Assembly: GCA_018715495.1 (NCBI GenBank)
Contig: DVLO01000022.1
Coordinates: forward strand, 13,172 to 77,171
DNA from: Candidatus Limihabitans stercoravium
GTDB lineage: Bacteria; Bacillota; Clostridia; Christensenellales; CAG-314
Reading direction: 5' to 3'
DNA: 64,000 nt
The notes below the pieces were generated by a model that did not search any database, had not been told where the DNA came from, and saw only the letters and a list, made by a program, of their open reading frames with translations. The number at the start of each line of letters is the position of its first letter. The first letter of the stretch is position 1. The position numbers and the translations under genes are program-made. This document shows positions 9,323 to 18,648 of the stretch, in pieces.

Positions 9323-10399
9323 ATGTACAATTTGAAAGAAAAACTTACAGTTGCAATGTATGTTGCAGGATTGTCTGCTTCACAGATAGTGGGGTTGTGG
9401 GAAAGATTCGACACTCCCGACAAATTGTTGAATGGCATTGACAAGGCTTCAGACATTCTTGACTGTAAACAGCTTGCAACTGTCAAAAAGCATTTAAAAG
9501 ACACATTTGTTGCTAAGTATTTCAACAAACTTGCACAAGATAACATACTATGTGTGACATACTACTCTGAAAATTACCCCGAAACATTGAAAAACATCAG
9601 TGACCCACCAATCGTGCTGTTTGCAAGGGGAAATGTAGGGTTACTCAAAAGCAAGTGTTTCGCAGTGGTAGGAACACGAAAGTTGTCTAACTACGGCAAA
9701 CGTGTCACGATGAATTTCACTTCCGAACTTGCAAGGTATTTTACCATTGTCAGCGGTCTTGCTTACGGTGCGGACAGTGTTGCTCACACAATTACTCTTG
9801 ACAACAACGGCAAGACAATCGCAGTGCTTGGTAGTGGATTGAACAACATTTACCCATCTACAAACAGGGGGCTTGCGGAAAGAATTGCCATGAGCGGTTC
9901 GTTGATTATTTCGGAATTTCTGCCTGATGCTCCGCCGTTGGCATTTCACTTTCCACGGCGCAATCGTATTGTATCGGCATTGTCAGTGGGATTACTTGTT
10001 ACCGAAGCACCGGAAAAGAGCGGTACATTGGGTACTGTCAATCTTGCGCTGGATCAGGGCAGAGACGTTTACGTTGTGCCCGGTGAAATTTACGCTTCCG
10101 GGTTTAAAGGAAGCAACAATCTGATAAAGAGTTTACAGGGGTGTATGGTAACTTCCCCATCGGATATACTAAGTCATTACAATTTCACGCCACGACAAAA
10201 AGTTACTGTTCAGCTCAATATTGAGGAGCAAGCCATTGTGGATTTGTTGAGCCAAGACAAGATGAATTTTGACGATTTGCTTGTTTCGACAGGGTTTTCT
10301 GTCAGTACACTCAATTTTTTGTTGGCAAATTTGGAATTACGGAGTATAATTGCAAAGTTACCCGGTAATTTTTACTGTTTAGACGGAGGAAACAGATGA
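9323..10399 (+). CDS. dprA: DNA processing protein DprA
   Basis: Rossmann-like DprA core (VVGTRKLSNYGK...SGLAYGADSVAH...VVPG). Confidence 0.9.
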   Translation: MYNLKEKLTVAMYVAGLSASQIVGLWERFDTPDKLLNGIDKASDILDCKQLATVKKHLKDTFVAKYFNKLAQDNILCVTYYSENYPETLKNISDPPIVLFARGNVGLLKSKCFAVVGTRKLSNYGKRVTMNFTSELARYFTIVSGLAYGADSVAHTITLDNNGKTIAVLGSGLNNIYPSTNRGLAERIAMSGSLIISEFLPDAPPLAFHFPRRNRIVSALSVGLLVTEAPEKSGTLGTVNLALDQGRDVYVVPGEIYASGFKGSNNLIKSLQGCMVTSPSDILSHYNFTPRQKVTVQLNIEEQAIVDLLSQDKMNFDDLLVSTGFSVSTLNFLLANLELRSIIAKLPGNFYCLDGGNR

Positions 10400-12609
10400 A
10401 ACTTGTCATTGTTGAATCGCCTGCAAAGGCTAAAACAATTGCCAAATATCTTGGAAAAGGTTACGAAGTGGAAGCATCCAAGGGTCACATCATGGATTTG
10501 CCCGAAAAGACAATGGGTGTTGATGTGGCAAATAACTACAAACCTGAGTACAAGATCAAGACCAAAGAACAGAAAGAAACTGTAAAGAGATTGCAATCCA
10601 AGGTAGAAAATGCCGAACAAGTATTTCTTGCAACCGACCCGGACCGTGAAGGAGAAGCAATTTCGTGGCATTTACAAACAGCCTTGAAACTTGATCCCAA
10701 TGCGAAAAATCGCATCATGTTTAATGAAATTTCCAACAGGGCTGTAAATGAAGCAATCAAGAATCCATCCAACATTAACATGGATTTGGTCAATGCACAA
10801 CAGGCAAGACGTGTTCTTGACCGTCTTGTGGGTTACACATTGTCGCCGGTGTTGTGTAAGAAAATCCGAAACAAGTTGTCGGCAGGACGTGTTCAATCTG
10901 CGGCATTGAAAATAATTGTTGACCGTGAAAAGGAAATAAAGGCATTTGTTCCCGAAGAGTACTGGACAGTTACCGCTAATCTTGAAAAGCCGTCCAACAA
11001 GCCAACATTCAAGGCAACTCTTTCGGAATGTAACGGCAAGAAATTCAAGATTACATCTAAAGAGCAGTGTGATACCGTCCTTAGTGACATCGACGGAAAG
11101 CCTTACAAGGTATCCAATGTAAAAAAGAGCGTGACATACGGACGTCCTCAGCCGCCCTTTACTACAAGTACAATGCAACAGGATGCCGTCAACAAGCTGA
11201 AGATGTCAAGCAGCCAGGTAATGCAGACTGCACAGCAGTTGTATGAAGGCGTTGACATTCCGGGGCAAGGACATCTTGCTTTGGTAACTTACATCCGTAC
11301 TGACTCAGTGCGTATTTCCGATGATGCTGTGAAATCCGCAAGAGAGTACATCAAGGCGCATTACGGTGAAAAATATATTCCATCAACGCCTAACGTGTAC
11401 TCATCGAAAAAACAGGCACAGGATGCTCACGAAGCAATACGTCCTATCAATCTTGATATCACCCCCGATTCGTTGAAGGACAAACTTCAACGCAGTCAAT
11501 ATCAGTTGTACAAGTTGATTTACAACAGATTTTTGGCAAGTCAGGCAAGTCGTGCAGTGTATGACAGCGTATCGGTAGAAGTTGGTTGCGACAAGTACAC
11601 ATTTACAGCTTCGGGTAAAACTGTCGTATTTGACGGTTATCTTGCTATTTACTCAACTGAAGAAAAGTCCAAGAAAGGCAAGTCCAACGACGAAGAAACG
11701 AACACAGTTTTGCCTCCGCTTGAAGAGGGAGACTTGTTGAAACTTCTGGAACTCACACACGAACAAAAGTTTACCAAAGCTCCTGCCCGTTACACTGAAG
11801 CAAGCCTCATCAAGGCAATGGAAGAACTGGGCATCGGTCGTCCAAGTACATTTGCCACAATCATGTCAACACTGTACAAGCGTGAATACATGGCTAAGGA
11901 TAACAAGAGCCTTGCTCCCACTGAATTGGGTATTACCGTTACAGATTACCTGGATCAGCATTTCCATGACATTGTAGACGTTGACTTTACGGCAGGCATG
12001 GAAGACAAACTGGACTCAATAGAAGAAGGAAAAGCGGTCTGGTATGAAATTGTCGATCAGTTCTACAAGCCAATGTGCGATGAGGTCAAGAAAGCATCCA
12101 AGTCGGAACGTGTTGTAGTGCAGGATGAACCATCTGACGAAGTGTGTGAAAAATGCGGATCGCCGATGGTGTACAAGACGGGTCCTTACGGTAAGTACCT
12201 TGCATGTTCCAATTACCCCAATTGCTCCAACAGACGCAGTCTGAAACAAAAGGTTGTGCCCAAGCAAACGGACATTCTGTGCGAAAAGTGCGGATCTCCC
12301 ATGCTTGAAAGGGAAGGCAAATACGGCAAGTATCTTGCATGTTCCAATTACCCCAAGTGTAAAAACATCAAGAGTATTACCGAATCCGTGTGCAAGTGTC
12401 CGCAGTGTGGCAAGGACGTTGTCAAGAAGGTGTCACGCACAGGAAAGGTGTTTTACGGTTGCAGCGGCTACCCCGAATGTAATTTCGTTACATGGGATAT
12501 GCCCACGGGGGAATTGTGTCCCAAATGCAACCAGCCGTTGGTTTATCGCAATTCCGACAAGGAAAAGGGCGTAATTTGTTCCAATAAAAAATGTGATTTT
12601 ACTAAGTGA
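10396..12609 (+). CDS. topA: DNA topoisomerase I
   Basis: TOPRIM domain (LVIVESPAKAKTI, DPDREGEAISWH), active-site region YIRTDS, and four C-terminal C4 zinc ribbons. Confidence 0.97.
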   Translation: MKLVIVESPAKAKTIAKYLGKGYEVEASKGHIMDLPEKTMGVDVANNYKPEYKIKTKEQKETVKRLQSKVENAEQVFLATDPDREGEAISWHLQTALKLDPNAKNRIMFNEISNRAVNEAIKNPSNINMDLVNAQQARRVLDRLVGYTLSPVLCKKIRNKLSAGRVQSAALKIIVDREKEIKAFVPEEYWTVTANLEKPSNKPTFKATLSECNGKKFKITSKEQCDTVLSDIDGKPYKVSNVKKSVTYGRPQPPFTTSTMQQDAVNKLKMSSSQVMQTAQQLYEGVDIPGQGHLALVTYIRTDSVRISDDAVKSAREYIKAHYGEKYIPSTPNVYSSKKQAQDAHEAIRPINLDITPDSLKDKLQRSQYQLYKLIYNRFLASQASRAVYDSVSVEVGCDKYTFTASGKTVVFDGYLAIYSTEEKSKKGKSNDEETNTVLPPLEEGDLLKLLELTHEQKFTKAPARYTEASLIKAMEELGIGRPSTFATIMSTLYKREYMAKDNKSLAPTELGITVTDYLDQHFHDIVDVDFTAGMEDKLDSIEEGKAVWYEIVDQFYKPMCDEVKKASKSERVVVQDEPSDEVCEKCGSPMVYKTGPYGKYLACSNYPNCSNRRSLKQKVVPKQTDILCEKCGSPMLEREGKYGKYLACSNYPKCKNIKSITESVCKCPQCGKDVVKKVSRTGKVFYGCSGYPECNFVTWDMPTGELCPKCNQPLVYRNSDKEKGVICSNKKCDFTK

Positions 12610-12615
12610 TAATAT

Positions 12616-13917
12616 ATGAAGGTTAAAGTTGTGGGTGGCGGTCTTGCCGGATGTGAGGCTTGTTACCAATTGTTGAAAAGAGGTGTAGACGTAACTCTTG
12701 TTGAGATGAAAAAGATCAAGAAGTCGCCTGCACACAATGTGGACGGATTGTGTGAACTTGTTTGTTCCAATTCGTTGAAGTCAATGGACATAAACACTGC
12801 AAGCGGACTGCTTAAGGCGGAACTTGACATGCTGGACAGCATGGTGTTGCGTGTTGCAAGACAATGCGCTGTTCCTGCCGGCAATGCTCTTGCGGTAGAC
12901 AGAGATTTGTTTTCCGAAAAAGTTACGGAATGTCTAAAAAGTTACAGCAACCTTACATTTGTTGACGGTGTTGAAGACAAGATTTTCGACGACGATTTCG
13001 ATGCGGTAATTGTTGCAACAGGTCCTTTGACGGACGAAGCACTTGTTCCTGCAATGAAGGAACTGTTCGGCAGTAACTTTCTGTACTTTTTCGACGCCGT
13101 TGCTCCCATTGTAACGGCAGACAGCCTTGATCGCAGCCGTTGCTTTACAGCAAGCAGGTACGGTAAGGGTGACAGTGACTATATCAACTGTCCAATGGAA
13201 AAGGATGAATTCATTGAATTCTATCGTGAATTGGTTTCAGCCGAAACGGTACCTGTAAAGGATTTCGAAAACAACGTATTCGAAGGCTGTATGCCAATTG
13301 AAGTCATGGCAGGTCGTGGACAGGATACAATTCGCTTTGGTCCTCTAAAACCTGTCGGATTAACTGATCCCAACACGGGAAAACGTCCTTACGCAGTTTT
13401 GCAGTTGCGCAGCGAAAACGCACAATGCACTCTGTACAATCTTGTGGGATTTCAGACTCACCTGCGCTTCGGTGAACAGAAACGTGTGTTCAGCATGATT
13501 CCCGCATTGAAGGACGCTGAATTTGTCAGATACGGTGTAATGCACCGTAATACATATATAAATGCACCCGAATTTTTGGACGAAACATTCCGTCTTAAGA
13601 ACAGCAAACAAAATATTTACTTTGCAGGACAGATGACAGGTGTAGAAGGTTACGTCGAATCGCTTGCCAGCGGACTGGTTGCGGGTGTACAATGTTTCAA
13701 TAGACTGAGCGGACTGGAACAGTTGGACTTTACCGACTGCACGATAATCGGCGCATTGACAAAGCATGTTTCCGTTGCGTATGGAAAGTACTCGCCGATG
13801 AACAGCAATTTCGGAATTTTGAGAACGCTGGAAGAAAACATCCGTGACAAGTCGTTGAAAAAACAGAAATTGAGTGAGCGTTCGTTGGAAACAATGAAAG
13901 CCGTATTGAAGTTGTAA
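12616..13917 (+). CDS. trmFO: Methylenetetrahydrofolate--tRNA-(uracil54-C5)-methyltransferase TrmFO
   Basis: FAD-binding [11 protein letters not shown]. Conserved topA-trmFO-hslVU order. Confidence 0.95.
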   Translation: MKVKVVGGGLAGCEACYQLLKRGVDVTLVEMKKIKKSPAHNVDGLCELVCSNSLKSMDINTASGLLKAELDMLDSMVLRVARQCAVPAGNALAVDRDLFSEKVTECLKSYSNLTFVDGVEDKIFDDDFDAVIVATGPLTDEALVPAMKELFGSNFLYFFDAVAPIVTADSLDRSRCFTASRYGKGDSDYINCPMEKDEFIEFYRELVSAETVPVKDFENNVFEGCMPIEVMAGRGQDTIRFGPLKPVGLTDPNTGKRPYAVLQLRSENAQCTLYNLVGFQTHLRFGEQKRVFSMIPALKDAEFVRYGVMHRNTYINAPEFLDETFRLKNSKQNIYFAGQMTGVEGYVESLASGLVAGVQCFNRLSGLEQLDFTDCTIIGALTKHVSVAYGKYSPMNSNFGILRTLEENIRDKSLKKQKLSERSLETMKAVLKL

Positions 13918-13933
13918 TTTAAGGAGGTACATT

Positions 13934-14485
13934 ATGGCGGAAGTTTTTGCCGATAGTATCAAGGGAACTACAATTTGTGCTGTCAAGCGTGACGGTCGCA
14001 TTGCTGTGGCGGGTGACGGTCAGGTTACACAAGGACAAAGTGTAATAATGAAAGGTAACGCCGTAAAGGTAAGACGTATTTTTGACGGCAAGGTTGTAAC
14101 CGGTTTTGCAGGATCCGTTGCCGATGCATTTACTCTTTCGGAAAAGTTTGAAGCAATGCTGCAAAAGTACAGCGGAAATCTCATGCGCAGTGCTGTTGAA
14201 GTTGCCCAATTGTGGCGTCAGGATAAGATGATGCGTAAACTTGAGGCGATGATGATTGTTGCCGACAAGGAAAACATTCTGCTGCTCAGCGGAAGCGGTG
14301 ACGTAATCGAACCGGATGACGGTGTATGTGCAATCGGTAGTGGCGGAAACTACGCTCTGGCAGCAGCTAAGGCGTTGTATCGCAACACGGACATGTCAGC
14401 ACGTGAAATCGCCGAAAACGCATTGCGTATAGCCAGTGAAATCTGTGTGTTCACCAACGGTCACATCACAGTGGAGGAGGCGTAA
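13934..14485 (+). CDS. hslV: ATP-dependent protease subunit HslV
   Basis: [21 protein letters not shown] and [11 protein letters not shown] motifs. Strong AAGGAGG RBS. Eleven residues precede the Thr-Thr. Confidence 0.93.
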   Translation: MAEVFADSIKGTTICAVKRDGRIAVAGDGQVTQGQSVIMKGNAVKVRRIFDGKVVTGFAGSVADAFTLSEKFEAMLQKYSGNLMRSAVEVAQLWRQDKMMRKLEAMMIVADKENILLLSGSGDVIEPDDGVCAIGSGGNYALAAAKALYRNTDMSAREIAENALRIASEICVFTNGHITVEEA

Positions 14486-15769
14486 ATGACACCCAAACAA
14501 ATTGTACAGGAACTGGACAGATACATTGTCGGACAGTATCAGGCTAAAAAGGCAGTGGCCGTTGCGCTTCGCAACAGATATCGCCGCAGCAAGCTGTCCA
14601 AACATGACATGGAAGAAATTACACCTAAAAATATCATCATGAAGGGACCTACAGGTGTGGGCAAGACGGAAATTGCAAGAAGACTTGCTAAACTTGTCAA
14701 GGCGCCTTTCCTTAAAGTAGAAGCTACCAAGTACACCGAAGTAGGATTTGTAGGCAGGGACGTCGAATCAATGATTCGTGATCTTGTTGAAGTGTCCATT
14801 CGTCTTGTCAAGGACGAACGTTACCGCATGGTAGAACCTAAGGCGTTCCAGAAGGCAAGTGAAAGAGTTGCAGATCTGATTTCTAAGCAGGTTACCGACC
14901 TTCCCGAAGGAATCACCAAGGAAACATTGGTGGATGAAGTTGCTAAGCACAACCTTGATCAGCTGACAATTGCCATCAAGGTTCAAGACAACCCAAAGGG
15001 TATTGAAATCCCTAACAGTGGCGGACAGGAAATCAATCTTGGCAGTATCTTTGGCGACATGATGCCAAAGAAGACCAAGACACGTTCGGTAACAGTAGCC
15101 GATGCACTTCGCATCTACACCGATGAAGAATGTTCCAAACTCATTGACCTTGACAGTGTAAATGATGAAGCGTTGAGACGTGCAGAAAACGACGGCGTCA
15201 TCTTCATTGACGAAATCGACAAGATTGCAAGCAAGGGCAACACGAATGGTCCTGACGTATCCCGTGAAGGCGTGCAACGTGACATTCTTCCGATAGTTGA
15301 AGGCTGTACCGTTACTACAAAGTACGGCAACATCAAGACGGACTACATTCTGTTTATTGCCAGCGGCGCATTCCACATCAGCAAGGTGGGCGATCTTATT
15401 CCCGAATTGCAGGGACGTTTCCCCGTTGTTGTTGACTTGACAAGTCTTGGCGTTGATGAATTTGTAAGCATCCTGACCGAACCGGAAAACGCAGTAACAC
15501 GTCAATACGCTAAATTGCTTGCCGTAGACAACATCGACTTGCAGTTTACCGAAGACGGAATCCTGGAAATTGCCAAGGTTGCATATGAACTCAACACAAC
15601 ACGTGAAGACATCGGTGCAAGACGTCTGCACAGCATAATGGAACACATTACTGAAGACATTTCCTTCGAAGCTGACGGAACACCTCGTACTGTTGTAGTG
15701 GACAGTAAGTATGTTGCCGACAACTTTACGGATCTTTCCACAAGAAATCTCAAAAAATATATTTTATAA
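14486..15769 (+). CDS. hslU: ATP-dependent protease ATPase subunit HslU
   Basis: TPKQIVQELDRYIVGQ start, Walker A GPTGVGKTEIARRLA, Walker B IIFIDEIDKI. Confidence 0.95.
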   Translation: MTPKQIVQELDRYIVGQYQAKKAVAVALRNRYRRSKLSKHDMEEITPKNIIMKGPTGVGKTEIARRLAKLVKAPFLKVEATKYTEVGFVGRDVESMIRDLVEVSIRLVKDERYRMVEPKAFQKASERVADLISKQVTDLPEGITKETLVDEVAKHNLDQLTIAIKVQDNPKGIEIPNSGGQEINLGSIFGDMMPKKTKTRSVTVADALRIYTDEECSKLIDLDSVNDEALRRAENDGVIFIDEIDKIASKGNTNGPDVSREGVQRDILPIVEGCTVTTKYGNIKTDYILFIASGAFHISKVGDLIPELQGRFPVVVDLTSLGVDEFVSILTEPENAVTRQYAKLLAVDNIDLQFTEDGILEIAKVAYELNTTREDIGARRLHSIMEHITEDISFEADGTPRTVVVDSKYVADNFTDLSTRNLKKYIL

Positions 15770-15799
15770 TTTACCTACGATAAATTTAGGGGGCTAAAA

Positions 15800-17596
15800 A
15801 TGGCAGAATTACTCAACGGTCAACAACGCACCAACATGTGTGGAGAGTTGACTGCCGAACACAACGGAAAGCAAGTTACAATCATGGGCTGGGTTCACCG
15901 CAGACGTGACCTTGGCGGTTTGATCTTTTTGCAACTGCGTGACAGAAGCGGAATTTCACAGGTAGTTTTCGACACTGATGTCTGCGACAAACAATTGCTT
16001 GAAAAAGCATCGCAAATCAAGTTGGAATATGTTGTATTGGTAAGCGGATTTGTGCGTCTTCGTACAGGTAACAACATCAACCGCAACATGAAGACAGGTG
16101 AAATCGAAGTTGTTGCAACGGAACTCAAGATCTTGTCCGAAGCGGAAACAACACCTTTCTCTATCGGTGACGATGGTGCAAACGAATTGCTTCGTCTTAA
16201 ATACAGATATCTTGACTTGCGCCGTGAAGGTTTGCAACAAAATCTGATCATCCGCAGCAAGTTGTGCAACATCGTCCGCAACTACTTGTCTGAACACGGT
16301 TTCCTGGAAATCGAAACACCTTTCCTTGGTAAGTCCACACCCGAAGGTGCAAGAGACTATCTTGTTCCCAGTCGTGTTCATCCCGGCGAATTTTACGCAT
16401 TGCCTCAATCTCCGCAATTGTACAAGCAGTTGCTCATGATTGGCGGTATGGACAGATATTTCCAAATTGTAAAGTGCTTCCGTGACGAAGACCTTCGTGC
16501 TAACAGACAGCCTGAATTCACTCAGATCGATATCGAAATGAGTTTTGTCGACAAGGAAGAACAGTTGATGGTCATCATGGAAGGTCTGATTGCTAAGATC
16601 TTCAAGGAAATCAAGGGCATGGATGTTCAGTTGCCTTTGAGACGTTTGCCTTACTCCGAAGCAATGGACCGTTTCGGTTCCGACAAGCCGGACCTGCGTT
16701 TCGGAATGGAAATTCAGGATCTCACAAGTATTGTAAAGGACAGCGGTTTTGTTGTATTTGACAACTGCATTGCTAACGGCGGTACTGTTCGCTGCATAGT
16801 TGCAAAAGGTCTGTGTGACAGCCTTTCACGTAAGGAAATTGACAAACTTTCCGAACGTGCAAAAACATACCGTGCTAAGGGACTTGCATGGTACGGATTG
16901 GGCAAGGACGGCGTAAAGAGTAGTTTCGCTAAAAATCTTACGGCTGAAAAACTGCAGGAAATCGAAAAAGCAGTTGGTCTTGAACAAGGCGACATTTTGT
17001 TTGCCGTTGCCGACAATTACGATACGACAGTTACAACACTGGGCGATCTTCGTTGTCACCTTGCTAAGAAGCTCGATCTTATCAAGAAAGATCACTACGA
17101 AATGTTGTGGGTAGTTGACTTCCCGTTGTTTGAGTACGACGAAGAAGAACACAGATATGTTGCTAAGCATCACCCGTTTACAAGCCCCAAGAACGAAGAC
17201 CTTCCTTATCTTCTGAGCGATCCTGCACGCTGCCGTGCTAAGGCTTACGACATTGTAATCAACGGCGATGAAATGGGCGGCGGTAGTATGAGAATTTACA
17301 ACCGTGACGTACAACGTCAGATGTTCGAAGCTCTTGGTTTCACCGACGAACAGATTGCCGAACGTTTCGGATTCTTCGTTGACGCATTCAAGTACGGAAC
17401 TCCACCTCACGGCGGGCTGGCATTCGGTCTTGACCGTCTTGTAATGACATTGACAGGCACAGAAAACATCAAGGATGTAATTGCATTCCCGAAAATTCAG
17501 AATGCAAGCGATCTCATGACGGAAGCTCCTTCGACTGTAGAAGACAAACAGCTTGAAGAACTGTACATCAGATGCGTTTCCAAGGAGAGTAAGTAA
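15800..17596 (+). CDS. aspS: Aspartate--tRNA ligase
   Basis: Class IIb synthetase: OB anticodon-binding domain, motif 1/2 region (FRDEDLRANRQPEFTQID), motif 3 (GLAFGLDRLVM). Confidence 0.97.
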   Translation: MAELLNGQQRTNMCGELTAEHNGKQVTIMGWVHRRRDLGGLIFLQLRDRSGISQVVFDTDVCDKQLLEKASQIKLEYVVLVSGFVRLRTGNNINRNMKTGEIEVVATELKILSEAETTPFSIGDDGANELLRLKYRYLDLRREGLQQNLIIRSKLCNIVRNYLSEHGFLEIETPFLGKSTPEGARDYLVPSRVHPGEFYALPQSPQLYKQLLMIGGMDRYFQIVKCFRDEDLRANRQPEFTQIDIEMSFVDKEEQLMVIMEGLIAKIFKEIKGMDVQLPLRRLPYSEAMDRFGSDKPDLRFGMEIQDLTSIVKDSGFVVFDNCIANGGTVRCIVAKGLCDSLSRKEIDKLSERAKTYRAKGLAWYGLGKDGVKSSFAKNLTAEKLQEIEKAVGLEQGDILFAVADNYDTTVTTLGDLRCHLAKKLDLIKKDHYEMLWVVDFPLFEYDEEEHRYVAKHHPFTSPKNEDLPYLLSDPARCRAKAYDIVINGDEMGGGSMRIYNRDVQRQMFEALGFTDEQIAERFGFFVDAFKYGTPPHGGLAFGLDRLVMTLTGTENIKDVIAFPKIQNASDLMTEAPSTVEDKQLEELYIRCVSKESK

Positions 17597-18024
17597 TGCG
17601 TGAAAGCGGTACTGTAGTAAAGACAGATTCCAAACTTGCAACAGTCAGGATTGAAAGACACTCTGCTTGCGGTAAGTGCGGAATGTGCGGAATGAGTGAC
17701 AAAAACAAGCACATTGATTTCAACATTGTCAACTCTCTTCAAGCCAAGGTGGGTGACAAGGTGGAAATTGAAGTGCACGATGTCAATTCATTCAAAATTG
17801 CTGCCATTGTGTATGTCATTCCTTTGGCAATAGCATTGCTTGGATTTCTTGTCACTTTTCTGTGCAAGTTGCCTGACTGGGCAATGATAATAGGTTTCGT
17901 TGTAGGACTTGTGATAGGATTTGTAATTGTTGCATTGATTGACAAACACAAACGTCACAAGTGGCTTGATACTCCCGAAATGGTGAGTATAATAAAGCCC
18001 ACTGACGGCAATAAATCTGAATAA
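17596..18024 (+). CDS. RseC/MucC-family (SoxR-reducing system-like) membrane protein
   Basis: 142 aa. N-terminal beta domain with a CGKCGMCG cluster, followed by two TM helices. Its ATG overlaps the aspS stop (TAATG). Confidence 0.6.
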   Translation: MRESGTVVKTDSKLATVRIERHSACGKCGMCGMSDKNKHIDFNIVNSLQAKVGDKVEIEVHDVNSFKIAAIVYVIPLAIALLGFLVTFLCKLPDWAMIIGFVVGLVIGFVIVALIDKHKRHKWLDTPEMVSIIKPTDGNKSE

Positions 18025-18031
18025 ATTTTGT

Positions 18032-18066
18032 AAGATGTCAGGTCTTGTACTTGACATCTTTTTTTA
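18032..18066 (+). terminator. Rho-independent terminator ending the comM...aspS-rseC unit
   Basis: AAGATGTCA (18032-18040) pairs with TGACATCTT (18052-18060). A T-run follows. Confidence 0.8.
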
Positions 18067-18190
18067 TTGTTGCGGCGAAAAAACCGATGTTTTGTAAACA
18101 AATGACAGCAATGTGTTACTTTAAAATTTTTTTTAGTAATTTTTTTTGTTAAAATACGATAAAATTTACTTAAAAATTCCTACAATTTAT

Positions 18191-18219
18191 TTGACTTAAA
18201 AAATGCTTGGTGCTATTAT
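18191..18219 (+). promoter_or_regulatory. Putative sigma-A promoter of the Rrf2-iscS-iscU operon
   Basis: TTGACT (18191-18196), 17-nt spacer, extended -10 TGcTATTAT (18211-18219). An A/T-rich UP-like region lies upstream. Confidence 0.55.
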
Positions 18220-18242
18220 ATTCCTAGTAAATTAGTAGGAAT
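18220..18242 (+). promoter_or_regulatory. Candidate Rrf2 operator (23-nt near-perfect palindrome at the predicted transcription start)
   Basis: ATTCCTAGTAA-A-TTAGTAGGAAT, 10 of 11 positions symmetric, directly abutting the -10 element. Confidence 0.45.
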
Positions 18243-18249
18243 TGCAAAA

Positions 18250-18648
18250 ATGAAGATTTCATCTAAAGCCAGGTACGGTCTGTACGCCGTTACGGAACTT
18301 GCACGCAACCACGGAAAGAGTATTTCAGCAGTGGAACTTGCGGAAAGAACAGGCGTCACAGAGAAATACCTTGAACAAATTTTGTCAATACTCAAAAAGA
18401 ACAACATTGTCACGGCAACACGTGGTGCTGCAGGCGGTTACACCCTGTCCGACAGTCCTGAAAATATATCTGTCGGCGCAGTCATCAGGTCGCTGGAAAA
18501 CAACCTTGAAATTGTAGGTTGTATCAATGGTGGCTGCGGTAAGATGTGCGGGTGCACACAGCGTTCTCTGTGGGAAAAACTGTACGACTACATCAACGAT
18601 TACCTGGACAAAATCAATCTCAGACAACTTGCGGAGGAAAATATATGA
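18250..18648 (+). CDS. Rrf2-family transcriptional regulator (IscR/CymR-like)
   Basis: MKISSKARYGLYAVTELA and a winged HTH. C-terminal Cys cluster CINGGCGKMCGC. Confidence 0.85.
   Translation: MKISSKARYGLYAVTELARNHGKSISAVELAERTGVTEKYLEQILSILKKNNIVTATRGAAGGYTLSDSPENISVGAVIRSLENNLEIVGCINGGCGKMCGCTQRSLWEKLYDYINDYLDKINLRQLAEENI

Noticed and set aside
12199-12355. Exact 22-nt direct repeat CTTGCATGTTCCAATTACCCCA (12199-12220 and 12334-12355, 135 nt apart), considered as a possible repeat element or CRISPR-like feature.
   Set aside because: Both copies are in frame inside topA and encode the LACSNYP(N/K)C part of two adjacent, clearly paralogous C4 zinc-ribbon modules. This is a tandem domain duplication typical of topoisomerase I C-termini, not a mobile or CRISPR repeat.
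18546-18644. N-terminal extensions in the ORF track, for example iscS from 18546, iscU from 19768, truB from 37659, scpA from 61550, nusB from 47061, rplS from 7259, pyrH from 23266, rimM from 4158 and ruvX from 20452.
   Set aside because: The extensions overlap the preceding gene or run through terminator hairpins. They are non-homologous to the family N-termini and lack RBSs. Internal ATGs with SD sequences reproduce the canonical N-termini.
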